From the NCBI GenBank assembly GCA_964584895.1, contig CAZPAW010000002.1, forward strand, positions 194,748 to 258,747: a stretch of DNA of 64,000 nt, written 5' to 3'. The DNA is from an uncultured Candidatus Saccharibacteria bacterium (GTDB lineage: Bacteria; Patescibacteriota; Saccharimonadia; Saccharimonadales; JAGQNJ01). How positions within the stretch are numbered: position 1 is the stretch's first letter; each line of letters opens with the position of its first letter. Of this stretch, positions 47,473 to 55,872 are shown in pieces. The position numbers were made by a program, and so were the translations under genes. The notes under the pieces were generated by a model that was not told the DNA's origin, made no database searches, and worked only from the letters and a program-made list of their open reading frames with translations.

Positions 47473-48821
47473 TAATTTCTAAATCTGAATACATGATGTT
47501 TTTGAAGCAACCAGCATGGCTGTGGCTAAAAAAGAACGATCCAAAAAAGTTGCCTCCAGTTGATGAAAACACACAGGCATTATTCGACGCTGGTCATCAA
47601 TTTGAACCTTATGCTGAATCATTATTCCCTGAAGGCGCAACACTTGGTTTCTCTGACTATAGTGAATACCTATCGTTGCCTGAGCGAACGCAGGATGCAA
47701 TCAAAAACGGTCATCAAGTATTATTCCAACCAAGATTTGAATGGCAGGACTTTACCTGTATTTGTGACATTGTCAGTTTTGTCGATGATAATGAAGTTGA
47801 TCTTTATGAAATCAAGGCAAGCACTACTGCCAAGGTCGAACATGAATTTGATCTCGCATTCCAGACTGCTGTACTTGAAGGTACTGGCTTGAAGGTGCGG
47901 AGCATTTTCGTAATCCACGTAAATAATCAGTATGTGAGACGTGGTGCGATCGAAGCAGAAAAAATAACGCACGTAGAGGACATTACCGAAAAAGTTCGTA
48001 AAAGAAGTGAAGCAACTGCGAAATATATGCCTATAGCAGTAGCTACAGCCCAAAAAAAGAATATGCCCGATCCGTCACCTAATCTTGCCAAACTTGGCTC
48101 AAAGAAAGATTGGCTAAAAGTTTACGAAGCAATTATTCCGCAGACACCAAAACAATACCCAGCCGATATTGCACCTACGATCCAGCGAGATGAGATAAAA
48201 AACTTCTTGAACAATCTGAAGTACCCATTGTATTTCTTAGATTACGAAACGCTGATGAGCCTCGTACCATATTTCGATGGTCATCGTCCGTATCAACAAG
48301 TGCCATTCCAATATTCACTTCACATTCTTAAGTCGCCAGATGCTGATCTCGAATGGCGTGAGTATCTACACAAAGACAATTCCGACCCGGCTCGCCCATT
48401 GACAGAACAACTGATAAAAGATATTGGCGATTCTGGAGCGGTACTCGTATGGTATGAAGGATTTGAAAAAGCCCGTAATAGTGAGCTTGGTGACATGTTA
48501 CCTGAATATAAAAAAGCGATGGAAGCCATAAATAACAGAATTATAGATCTTATGCTTCCGTTCAAGAATAAATGGTATGATGATCCGCGATTTGAAGGCA
48601 GCGCAAGCATTAAACAAGTACTTCCCGTGCTTTGTCCTGAGCTGTCCTACAAAGACCTTGGGATACAGGAAGGTGGCTCTGCGCAAAGGCTATGGATGGA
48701 AGCCGTGCTGGACAACAAACGAGCTGATCAAAAAGATCAGATTCTTGCCGACCTAATCGAATACTGCAAACTCGATACTCTCGCTATGGTTGAAATATTT
48801 AGAAGGTTGCGAGACCTATGA
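47469..48821 (+). CDS. DUF2779-like protein (PD-(D/E)xK plus DEDD-like exonuclease halves)
   Basis: The MIISKSEYMMFLKQPAWLW N-terminus, CDIV...DLYEIKAS (D..ExK), and later YFLDYET and YCKLDTLAMVEI acidic motifs. ATGA overlap with the DUF45 gene. Confidence 0.6.
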   Translation: MIISKSEYMMFLKQPAWLWLKKNDPKKLPPVDENTQALFDAGHQFEPYAESLFPEGATLGFSDYSEYLSLPERTQDAIKNGHQVLFQPRFEWQDFTCICDIVSFVDDNEVDLYEIKASTTAKVEHEFDLAFQTAVLEGTGLKVRSIFVIHVNNQYVRRGAIEAEKITHVEDITEKVRKRSEATAKYMPIAVATAQKKNMPDPSPNLAKLGSKKDWLKVYEAIIPQTPKQYPADIAPTIQRDEIKNFLNNLKYPLYFLDYETLMSLVPYFDGHRPYQQVPFQYSLHILKSPDADLEWREYLHKDNSDPARPLTEQLIKDIGDSGAVLVWYEGFEKARNSELGDMLPEYKKAMEAINNRIIDLMLPFKNKWYDDPRFEGSASIKQVLPVLCPELSYKDLGIQEGGSAQRLWMEAVLDNKRADQKDQILADLIEYCKLDTLAMVEIFRRLRDL

Positions 48822-49243
48822 CGAATATCTACTTAGACATTGACGGAGTGTTATTGGCAAACGACCTAAACCCAGCTAACCACGCACCCGAATTTCTGAA
48901 ATACGTTTTAGAAAAGTTTCCTGATTCAACATATTGGTTAACATCTCATTGTCAGGGAGATGCTAATGTTCCGATACAGCATATAGGGCATTTGTTCAAC
49001 ACCGAGACAGTCGAGCTAATGAAAAAGATAAAGCCAACCAGTTGGGATCTAGCAAAAACTCATGCAATTGATTTCTCTCGACCATTTCTATGGTTTGATG
49101 ATGATTTATTCTTCGAAGAAAAGCAGTCGCTAATTGAACACAATTCATTAGATAATTGGATAGAAGTAGATTTATCTAAGAACCCCGATCAGCTACTAAA
49201 TTTTATTAACAGCTTTCCTATACCTGCAGGGATGGAAAATTAA
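48818..49243 (+). CDS. small HAD-like hydrolase-fold protein
   Basis: 141 aa. N-terminal YLDIDGVLL (DxDx motif of the HAD superfamily). Weak assignment. Confidence 0.4.
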   Translation: MTNIYLDIDGVLLANDLNPANHAPEFLKYVLEKFPDSTYWLTSHCQGDANVPIQHIGHLFNTETVELMKKIKPTSWDLAKTHAIDFSRPFLWFDDDLFFEEKQSLIEHNSLDNWIEVDLSKNPDQLLNFINSFPIPAGMEN

Positions 49244-49257
49244 AGGAGCAACGACAT

Positions 49258-50712
49258 ATGGACGAAGAGCAATTTCGTAAACTATTCGAAGAAGGCCTAA
49301 TAACCGATAGACCTCCCGAAATGTGGATGCCGATGAATACCAAAGATCGCAAATGGCAGAACTATTACACGGGTCGTGGTGGTGTCACTATGCACTTAGG
49401 CGGTGGCTGGATGATGAATGTCGACACCAACGAATTAGCACAAATAGCCAGTAGCTCAGATGTTGATGAGCAACTTATTAAATCAGTACAGGCAGTATTT
49501 GATGATCTCGGATATGAATATGAAACAGTAAGCGATAAGTTTGGACATGCAATAATTGTGCGTCATCAATTTAGTGTTTTGGGAAGCAAAGCACCATTAA
49601 CTCTAAAATTTAGTGAGTATGGTTTTGACCCTAAGAAAACAATGAATGATGAATTTGAGAATGAACTACATTCCGTCACACCAGATCACATAAAGGTTAG
49701 TGTTAATAATGTACCTGAGTATGACGATGAAGGCGAAGAACTAGGTACCTTCGGAGAAACGGGCTTAGAGTTCACTACTGAAATAGACCAGCCAATAGCG
49801 GCTGATTCTTTTCCGAGTTTTGTTGAAGCAAGGCGTAAAGAAATCGATAAGATACTCAATAAACTGGGTAACTATAGATTTAGCGATGAACCACACAAAG
49901 TTGATCAAGTGTTTTATGATCTGCAAGATGCGCTTGATTCTAAAGAATATAAAAACGCCAAAGGTTCGTTATTGTTCCCAGTAGGAAAGGACGAGTCTGG
50001 AAAGTTTGTTATAGCTGACCTGCATAAATTGCCGCATATTTTGGCCGGTGGGCAAACAGGATCGGGTAAATCAAACTTTACAGAAGGAACACTGATCCTG
50101 AGTCTTTTACATCGCTATTCGTCTGATGAACTTAAGCTTCTGCTGGTCGATCCTAAGATGGTACAGTTCACGCAGTATAATGGCATCCCTCATTTGATCA
50201 AACCAGTTATTACAACTCCAGATGATTCAAAAAATGCTATGGATTGGCTACTGAACGAGACGGAAGATCGGTTCGATACTCTTGCAGACAGTAAATCTAA
50301 GAATATAGAACAATATAACTCATCAGGCAAAGGTCATATGCCATTTGTAGTACTAATCATCGATGAAGTTGCAGACTTGATGATGGTTGACGGTAAGTAC
50401 TATGAGAAATCGTTTATAAAACTGCTACAAAAATCTGCAGCGGTCGGTATTCATATCTACATAGGTACGAGTAGACCAAGTGTGGATGTCCTGCCTGACC
50501 TACTTAGAGCAAACTTCGTTACTAAAATAGCTTTTAAGACGGCTTCTAAAGTTGATAGCGAAGCATTGATTGATGTAGCTGGTGCAGAAAACCTACAAGG
50601 CAGAGGTGACTTACTATTCAGCTCGCTTGATAGCTCTCTCCCAATCCATCTGCAAGCCCCATATGTTTCGGATGAATATATGGCTAAGTACGTGGAGGAC
50701 TTGAAGGCATAG
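49258..50712 (+). CDS. FtsK/SpoIIIE-family DNA translocase ATPase, no membrane domain
   Basis: 484 aa. Walker A GGQTGSGKSN, LLLVDPKMV, Walker B VLIIDEVADLMM. AAAGGAG Shine-Dalgarno upstream. Confidence 0.8.
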   Translation: MDEEQFRKLFEEGLITDRPPEMWMPMNTKDRKWQNYYTGRGGVTMHLGGGWMMNVDTNELAQIASSSDVDEQLIKSVQAVFDDLGYEYETVSDKFGHAIIVRHQFSVLGSKAPLTLKFSEYGFDPKKTMNDEFENELHSVTPDHIKVSVNNVPEYDDEGEELGTFGETGLEFTTEIDQPIAADSFPSFVEARRKEIDKILNKLGNYRFSDEPHKVDQVFYDLQDALDSKEYKNAKGSLLFPVGKDESGKFVIADLHKLPHILAGGQTGSGKSNFTEGTLILSLLHRYSSDELKLLLVDPKMVQFTQYNGIPHLIKPVITTPDDSKNAMDWLLNETEDRFDTLADSKSKNIEQYNSSGKGHMPFVVLIIDEVADLMMVDGKYYEKSFIKLLQKSAAVGIHIYIGTSRPSVDVLPDLLRANFVTKIAFKTASKVDSEALIDVAGAENLQGRGDLLFSSLDSSLPIHLQAPYVSDEYMAKYVEDLKA

Positions 50713-50714
50713 AG

Positions 50715-52235
50715 ATGAGCACTTCGCATGTTTGCCGATTCTGCCTCCGACACAAGCCGCTTACTGTAGCTGGTGTTTGCGATCAGTGTACCAATGATCT
50801 TTTTGCAAATGATGGGAAAGCTTCGATTCAAGGCGTTTCAAAGCTACTAAAGCTAAGTACAGCAACACTCCGAAGGCTCGAATCAACCGGTCAATTAACA
50901 GTCGACAGAAATGAAGCGGGATCACGGCGATATAGCAAGGCGACTATCGAATCGTATATCCTCAAAAGCAGTGATCAGCTAGCTGCTCGACTCACAAAAG
51001 GCAAAGTACAAGAAGTTACAATGGATGAGGTTGAGCAACTATCTGCGCCGTTTTCATCACTGTGTCCACTCTGTAATGACAATGATGTTTTTGATAAGGG
51101 CTACTGCATTGATTGCCTCTCTGACCTTATCAGCAAAGTGGATGCTACTAAGATTCTTGGGATTAGCTTGCCAAGACTAGAACGATTGCTCGAAGAATAC
51201 CCCGACCTTATTCACACCTACCCGTACATGACGCAAGTACGCATGAGTAAACGCGAAGTAGAAAGTTTCTTGGCAAACCAACCCGCTAAAGAAGTTTCGC
51301 GAGGAGCAAGATGGTCAAACCATTTCAGGCAGTGTCGCATATGCAAGACAACCGACAATGAGCATTATGGCGGTGGATATTGTATTGAATGTTACCCAAA
51401 AACAAATGAAGCCAAACTATTAAAAGGCTACCTTGGTGGTGAAAATCTTTCTGAAATAGGAGTGCGTCTAGGCTTTAGTCGAGAACGAGCTAGACAACTA
51501 TTTAACAAAGCAGTTGCAATCGATATTGAGAGACTTGGTGATGTAACTGAATATCGTAAGCAAGAAATACGTGACCAAATTGAACTTACCTATAAACAAA
51601 ATCGTGCAGCACGTGAATTCAAACATATTATCGAAGAAAATTATCAAGAAATAGTCAACAAGTTATCGAGTGAAATAATTATAAGTGAGTCCGGTATTGT
51701 TAAGGCGATCGGTTTACCGCCTAGTGCATCCTACCTAATCGATGAAGAATATCCTGAGTTTTTAGAAATTATAGCCAACAATAAGAATCGTTGGTCGTGG
51801 AAGTATGATGTATGTAGGATGTGCGGTAAGACTGAAGCAAAACACAAAAGATGGGGTTACTGCGAAAACTGTTATACAAGATCTGATGAATGGAAGAAAC
51901 AACAGTACGAATATCGAACTAACAACTACGAAAAGTTTCGTGAACACCAAAAAGCTTATGAGGCGGAGTACCATAAGCGACCCGAAGTTAAAGAGCGCAT
52001 GATTCAAAAAAGTTACAAACGACGTTATGACGGTAAACGTGAGGCAACTATCGAGGCTGATAACTATAAATGTCGTGACTGTGGAATAAATAGAGATGAT
52101 CACAAGGCAAAATATGGCCAAGATCTAGGTGTATTCCATATAGATGGCAATTTAGATAATAATAATCCGTCAAACCTAGTTACATTATGTAAGAGCTGTA
52201 TGGCTAGACGTGGAACGAGCGCAGCCGATGAGTAG
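50715..52235 (+). CDS. multi-zinc-ribbon / HTH / HNH endonuclease protein
   Basis: 506 aa. Four CxxC-x(n)-CxxC units interleaved with HTH-like segments (LSEIGVRLGFSRERARQLFNKA). C-terminal HNH (CRDCG...HIDGN...NLVTLCKSC). Confidence 0.6.
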   Translation: MSTSHVCRFCLRHKPLTVAGVCDQCTNDLFANDGKASIQGVSKLLKLSTATLRRLESTGQLTVDRNEAGSRRYSKATIESYILKSSDQLAARLTKGKVQEVTMDEVEQLSAPFSSLCPLCNDNDVFDKGYCIDCLSDLISKVDATKILGISLPRLERLLEEYPDLIHTYPYMTQVRMSKREVESFLANQPAKEVSRGARWSNHFRQCRICKTTDNEHYGGGYCIECYPKTNEAKLLKGYLGGENLSEIGVRLGFSRERARQLFNKAVAIDIERLGDVTEYRKQEIRDQIELTYKQNRAAREFKHIIEENYQEIVNKLSSEIIISESGIVKAIGLPPSASYLIDEEYPEFLEIIANNKNRWSWKYDVCRMCGKTEAKHKRWGYCENCYTRSDEWKKQQYEYRTNNYEKFREHQKAYEAEYHKRPEVKERMIQKSYKRRYDGKREATIEADNYKCRDCGINRDDHKAKYGQDLGVFHIDGNLDNNNPSNLVTLCKSCMARRGTSAADE

Positions 52236-53682
52236 CTTCACTCATCTTCAGGACCGTTCATATTACGAAGATCGCTACGATGATGGCACTGTAGCAAAAT
52301 GTCGTTCGGGTGAGCGGATTGTTAACGATACTTTCAAGATCATGGAAAAGAAGCTCACAAAAAAAGAGCTGACAGAAAGATTGCCGGGCTGGTATCTCCA
52401 ATATAGTTTGTACTATTTTTGGTTTGTTGAAACGGCAGCTGCTGAACGAGCAGAAAATCGGGAGATTACCATTACGAAGTGGATGGAAGAAGATGAAAAG
52501 AAAGATGACCGCTTAGCCAAAGCTCACATTTCAGGAGGAACTTACTGTCGAACTTGCGGAAAGGACATGGGTGTTATCAGCAAGGACTATATGCGCCGAG
52601 ATAATCGCAAAGACGATGATATCCTCATCATGTTTGAATGCGTAGAATGCAATAAGCGTATGGCACTTTGGGAAGACGGCACAGAATGGGAGGGTGCGAA
52701 GCATGAATGCGAGAAATGTGGCGGTAATACTGTCTCAAAAATCACCAAAAAGTTTGATGTTATTACATGGACTGAGACGTGTGAGAAATGCAAGCATATT
52801 AAAACTGACACAATTGATCTAACGGATACAAAAAGTGAACCAGAACCAGTCGATAAATACCTAGAATTAGACCGTAAACGTTTCGTATTCGACAAAGATA
52901 TGATGTTCAGATACGAGCAAAAGCTCAACCATTTGGTTCGTAGAGCAAAGTTACACGCAACCGAACAAGATAAAGTCGAGCATGTTGATGTATATGATGG
53001 TATCAAGCAAGTTAAGAAGCTCAAGATCGCCCAACTCAAGGAACTACTAGAGCCAATATTCACAAAAGAAGGTTATAGTGACTTCAAACTCGGTGATCCG
53101 CAGATTGGTCGTGAAGTATCGCTTGAATTCAGCTGTCTAGATACTAAAGATGACCGTGAAGAGTACCAAAGCAAGAAAACGCTTCACAAGGCAATTGAGA
53201 AGGCTCTGGAGGAAACTAACTGGCGGTTAATGAGTGCTGGTGTGAGTTACAGGCTCGGATTTTTGACAGGAAGTCTAAGGGCGTACGAAAGTGAAGAAGA
53301 TTTAAAGAAATTAGTCGAGCAATGCATGAAGAAGGGCTACGTTCCGAAAGCAGAGCCTAAAGAACCAGCAGAAACTGACAGTAAGCCAAAAGACGAGTTC
53401 TATAACCGCGATATGCGTGAATCGGTCCTCGTCTATTTCGATAAGTTGACGCTAGGCAGCGTACCAGCTGAGATTACACTCAAAAGCGGAATCGTAAAGC
53501 CGACTAGTCTACCAGTATTGTATGGAGAAATGAACCCACTGTTACGAGTATTTATTCCTATGCGAGATGACGATAATTCGGTGCCAAAGTTTGTTCGAAA
53601 CTACGATTTTAAGTTTGGTGATGACAAGAAAATGGCAAAAGTCCGCAAGGATAGTCGAGGACGCAAGATACGCCTCGTTTAG
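52228..53682 (+). CDS. zinc-ribbon protein, unknown function
   Basis: CRTCGKDM...CVECNKRM and CEKCGG...CEKCKH ribbons. ATG at 52228 overlaps the upstream stop (track GTG start at 52210). Confidence 0.45.
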   Translation: MSSFTHLQDRSYYEDRYDDGTVAKCRSGERIVNDTFKIMEKKLTKKELTERLPGWYLQYSLYYFWFVETAAAERAENREITITKWMEEDEKKDDRLAKAHISGGTYCRTCGKDMGVISKDYMRRDNRKDDDILIMFECVECNKRMALWEDGTEWEGAKHECEKCGGNTVSKITKKFDVITWTETCEKCKHIKTDTIDLTDTKSEPEPVDKYLELDRKRFVFDKDMMFRYEQKLNHLVRRAKLHATEQDKVEHVDVYDGIKQVKKLKIAQLKELLEPIFTKEGYSDFKLGDPQIGREVSLEFSCLDTKDDREEYQSKKTLHKAIEKALEETNWRLMSAGVSYRLGFLTGSLRAYESEEDLKKLVEQCMKKGYVPKAEPKEPAETDSKPKDEFYNRDMRESVLVYFDKLTLGSVPAEITLKSGIVKPTSLPVLYGEMNPLLRVFIPMRDDDNSVPKFVRNYDFKFGDDKKMAKVRKDSRGRKIRLV

Positions 53683-53803
53683 GTGAGCAAAGTGCGGGTT
53701 ATGTTCGTAAAAACTTACTAAATTCGACTAAAAATGAGACATTTCAAATATATGCGTTTCGTGTCTCATTTGTCTCGTTTTGTGTCCTCTGATCCCTGTA
53801 AAA

Positions 53804-53828
53804 GTTCCGTGACCACTATGGGGAGCCA
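53804..53828 (+). repeat. tRNA-3'-end-like att copy (right end of element B)
   Basis: GTTCCGTGACCACTATGGGGAGCCA. It shares ATGGGGAGCCA with 28169-28179. Extended by three bases on the left (53801-53828), it matches 23 of 28 positions of 57130-57157. Confidence 0.65.
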
Positions 53829-54007
53829 TGAGTCTGGCAATAATCTTTAGATTATGGCTAGGCTCATTGTTTTCGGGTCAGACTCAATCAAGACAACACA
53901 TACAAGCTTTAGCTTGTGTGAATGTTGTCGGTACGGTCGGCAAGCCCACGCGCAGAAGCTTGCTTCGAGCATGGGCGCAGTCGTGCAATGCCCCGGCCCC
54001 GGGGGCC

Positions 54008-54052
54008 ATAGACCTGTGAGTAGTTTTCGTTGCTGACAGGTCTATTGTTTTT
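54008..54052 (+). terminator. strong hairpin plus T-run closing a GC-rich non-coding segment
   Basis: ATAGACCTGT(54008-54017)...ACAGGTCTAT(54036-54045) followed by TGTTTTT. Confidence 0.55.
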
Positions 54053-54066
54053 CAGGGGGAGGTAAT

Positions 54067-54696
54067 TTAGTGCGGACCAGTAACTACATCGATTAGCCCG
54101 GTTACTGCAGCCCGAAAATCAACGCCCAAACTCTCTGCGCTTTGATTAGCATCAATATTCAGCACTGTGGCATGCTGACTTAGCTCATCAAGCGCCCGCA
54201 TAGTAGTGTCTGTATCTTGCAGATACCTAGTTTCGGCAAATTCTCGTAGGTTATCGTCATCTGTCATTTCGCCACTTCTTACGCCACGCGCGAGGATACG
54301 AGTTATACTTTCTTCAAGAGAAACCTGTAGCACAAGGACACCGAGAAAATTATGTTTTCCAGAGTCCACAGCATCCATAAATACCTCAACAGCACTGGGG
54401 TGCCGCGGATAGCCATCAATAAGGGCAAGTGTTTGCGCCACCGAATCGTCATCTGGCTGAATTAGCTCAAAAATCGCCTCATTAACAATATCATCAGGTA
54501 GAGGTGATGGCGCTTCTGGATCATTTATAAAATCTTCGACACTCGAGTCACTGCGCCCAGTTCTAATATCTCTCATACGATCTCCTACAGATATGTGCCT
54601 GACCTGATATTTGTATAAGCCTTCTCGTTGGACCAGCTCACATTGTGTTGACTTCCCGGACCCAGGATTTCCGTGTACTACAATTATTTCTGCCAT
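54067..54696 (-). CDS. adenylate/nucleoside-monophosphate kinase-like protein
   Basis: 209 aa. P-loop GNPGSGKSTQ and LIDGYPR (Adk-family motif). TATCTT box lies 6 nt before the ATG. Confidence 0.65.
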   Translation of the reverse strand: MAEIIVVHGNPGSGKSTQCELVQREGLYKYQVRHISVGDRMRDIRTGRSDSSVEDFINDPEAPSPLPDDIVNEAIFELIQPDDDSVAQTLALIDGYPRHPSAVEVFMDAVDSGKHNFLGVLVLQVSLEESITRILARGVRSGEMTDDDNLREFAETRYLQDTDTTMRALDELSQHATVLNIDANQSAESLGVDFRAAVTGLIDVVTGPH

Positions 54697-54752
54697 ACAT
54701 TAAAGATACCAGATATTGCTAAATTATCTATTATAGTATAATATATATTACT

Positions 54753-55181
54753 ATGAATTCATTGGTAAAGGATAGAAAAGTCGTTTTACTGGCTTTTACT
54801 GACGAGCAAGGACTCATCATGTTCAACCGTCGTGCAGATGCTAGTTCTGAGGTGTGGGAGTTAATTGGAGGAAGTGCGAAACAAGGAGAAACTCCCCTAG
54901 AAGCAATCACCCGTGAAATACGAGAAGAGGTCGGATATCAACTTCGTACCAAAAAAGATCAGCTTAGACTTACGAAAGAATTTTTGTATGAATGCAACAA
55001 ATTCAGCGCGACAGTTTACTGTTTTACGGCAATCTTCCCCGGGATAAAGCACTTTAGGGACAGTGATGAGGTATTCGTTAAAGACTTAAAGATGTTTTCT
55101 ATAAAAGATGCTCGCAACTTGATTCTTTTGCCCATGACGAAAATTTTTCTTCAATCTCAAGAAAACCATGTCCGTACTTAG
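54753..55181 (+). CDS. NUDIX hydrolase
   Basis: 142 aa. Nudix box GGSAKQGETPLEAITREIREEVGY. Confidence 0.85.
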   Translation: MNSLVKDRKVVLLAFTDEQGLIMFNRRADASSEVWELIGGSAKQGETPLEAITREIREEVGYQLRTKKDQLRLTKEFLYECNKFSATVYCFTAIFPGIKHFRDSDEVFVKDLKMFSIKDARNLILLPMTKIFLQSQENHVRT

Positions 55182-55872
55182 ATCCGAAAGCGGCGCGAGC
55201 CATCGGGACCTGGATCTCTCTCTTGCGTCTAGCGTCAAAAATTGCTTAATGCCGAACAATGGTGATTTCCTAGTATTAACAGGTAGTTACTCGATTGAAG
55301 CAGTTACGAATGCCCCGAGTATTAGCCATAATGATATAGACATGAACGTGTTCACTGATAACGTTGATAACTCGCAAGCGAGCGCGATCCAAAAAATAAA
55401 CGGGCTGGGGCTTTCTCCAATAAATCAGTCTCAAAGCCGTCTGGAATATGAGCGGGGTGGTTCGCTTGTTGAGCTAGAGTTTGTCCTTTATCATGAAATA
55501 AGCCAAGGAGAAGAAGGGCCAACCTTCAAATTACCGAATGAAAATGGCCATGAAGTGTTTGTTCCCACAACTCAAGCAACGCTTTTAGACACTAACGGAG
55601 GTTCTCACGACTTCTATGTCAAAACTCTGTCCTTTGCGTTAGCGACATGGGCCTTGAGGATATCCGGAGTAGTTGAAGCCCAAAAACGTGCTGTTAGGCA
55701 GTCGGACGAAGACCATTTTAAAGTATTACTGCAAGCCCCTCATGACCGTAGGCTTGTGCTTGAAGCAATCACCCAACACCCACAAATGCCAGCTAATTTT
55801 GCGTGCAGCGCAGATACAGTTTTAGATATGGCGCTACGAGCAATAAAGCCAAATAGGAGCAATAATGATTAG
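55168..55872 (+). CDS. putative minimal nucleotidyltransferase-fold protein
   Basis: 234 aa. LVLTGSYSIEAV...SHNDIDMNVF fits the hG[GS]-x(9-13)-DhD pattern. The start is uncertain (55168 or 55249). Confidence 0.4.
   Translation: MSVLRSESGASHRDLDLSLASSVKNCLMPNNGDFLVLTGSYSIEAVTNAPSISHNDIDMNVFTDNVDNSQASAIQKINGLGLSPINQSQSRLEYERGGSLVELEFVLYHEISQGEEGPTFKLPNENGHEVFVPTTQATLLDTNGGSHDFYVKTLSFALATWALRISGVVEAQKRAVRQSDEDHFKVLLQAPHDRRLVLEAITQHPQMPANFACSADTVLDMALRAIKPNRSNND

Larger units (their letters stand above)
28180..53828. mobile_element. integrative element B (about 25.6 kb), tandem to element A
   Basis: Bounded by ATGGGGAGCCA at 28169-28179 and 53818-53828. The backbone genes are paralogous and collinear with element A. 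The boundaries are inferred. Confidence 0.6.

Noticed and set aside
12454-53828. Intact prophage(s)
   Set aside because: The terminase and ParB-methylase genes are phage-like. However, no portal, capsid, tail, lysis or replication genes are recognisable, and the remaining genes are cargo-type.
53828-54036. Two overlapping plus-strand track ORFs (63 aa and 60 aa) in the GC-rich segment
   Set aside because: They overlap each other in different frames and are low-complexity (Arg/Ser/Gly/Ala-rich from the GC content). Neither has a Shine-Dalgarno or a -10 box geometry. The region is dominated by nested inverted repeats and ends in a terminator, so it is treated as non-coding.
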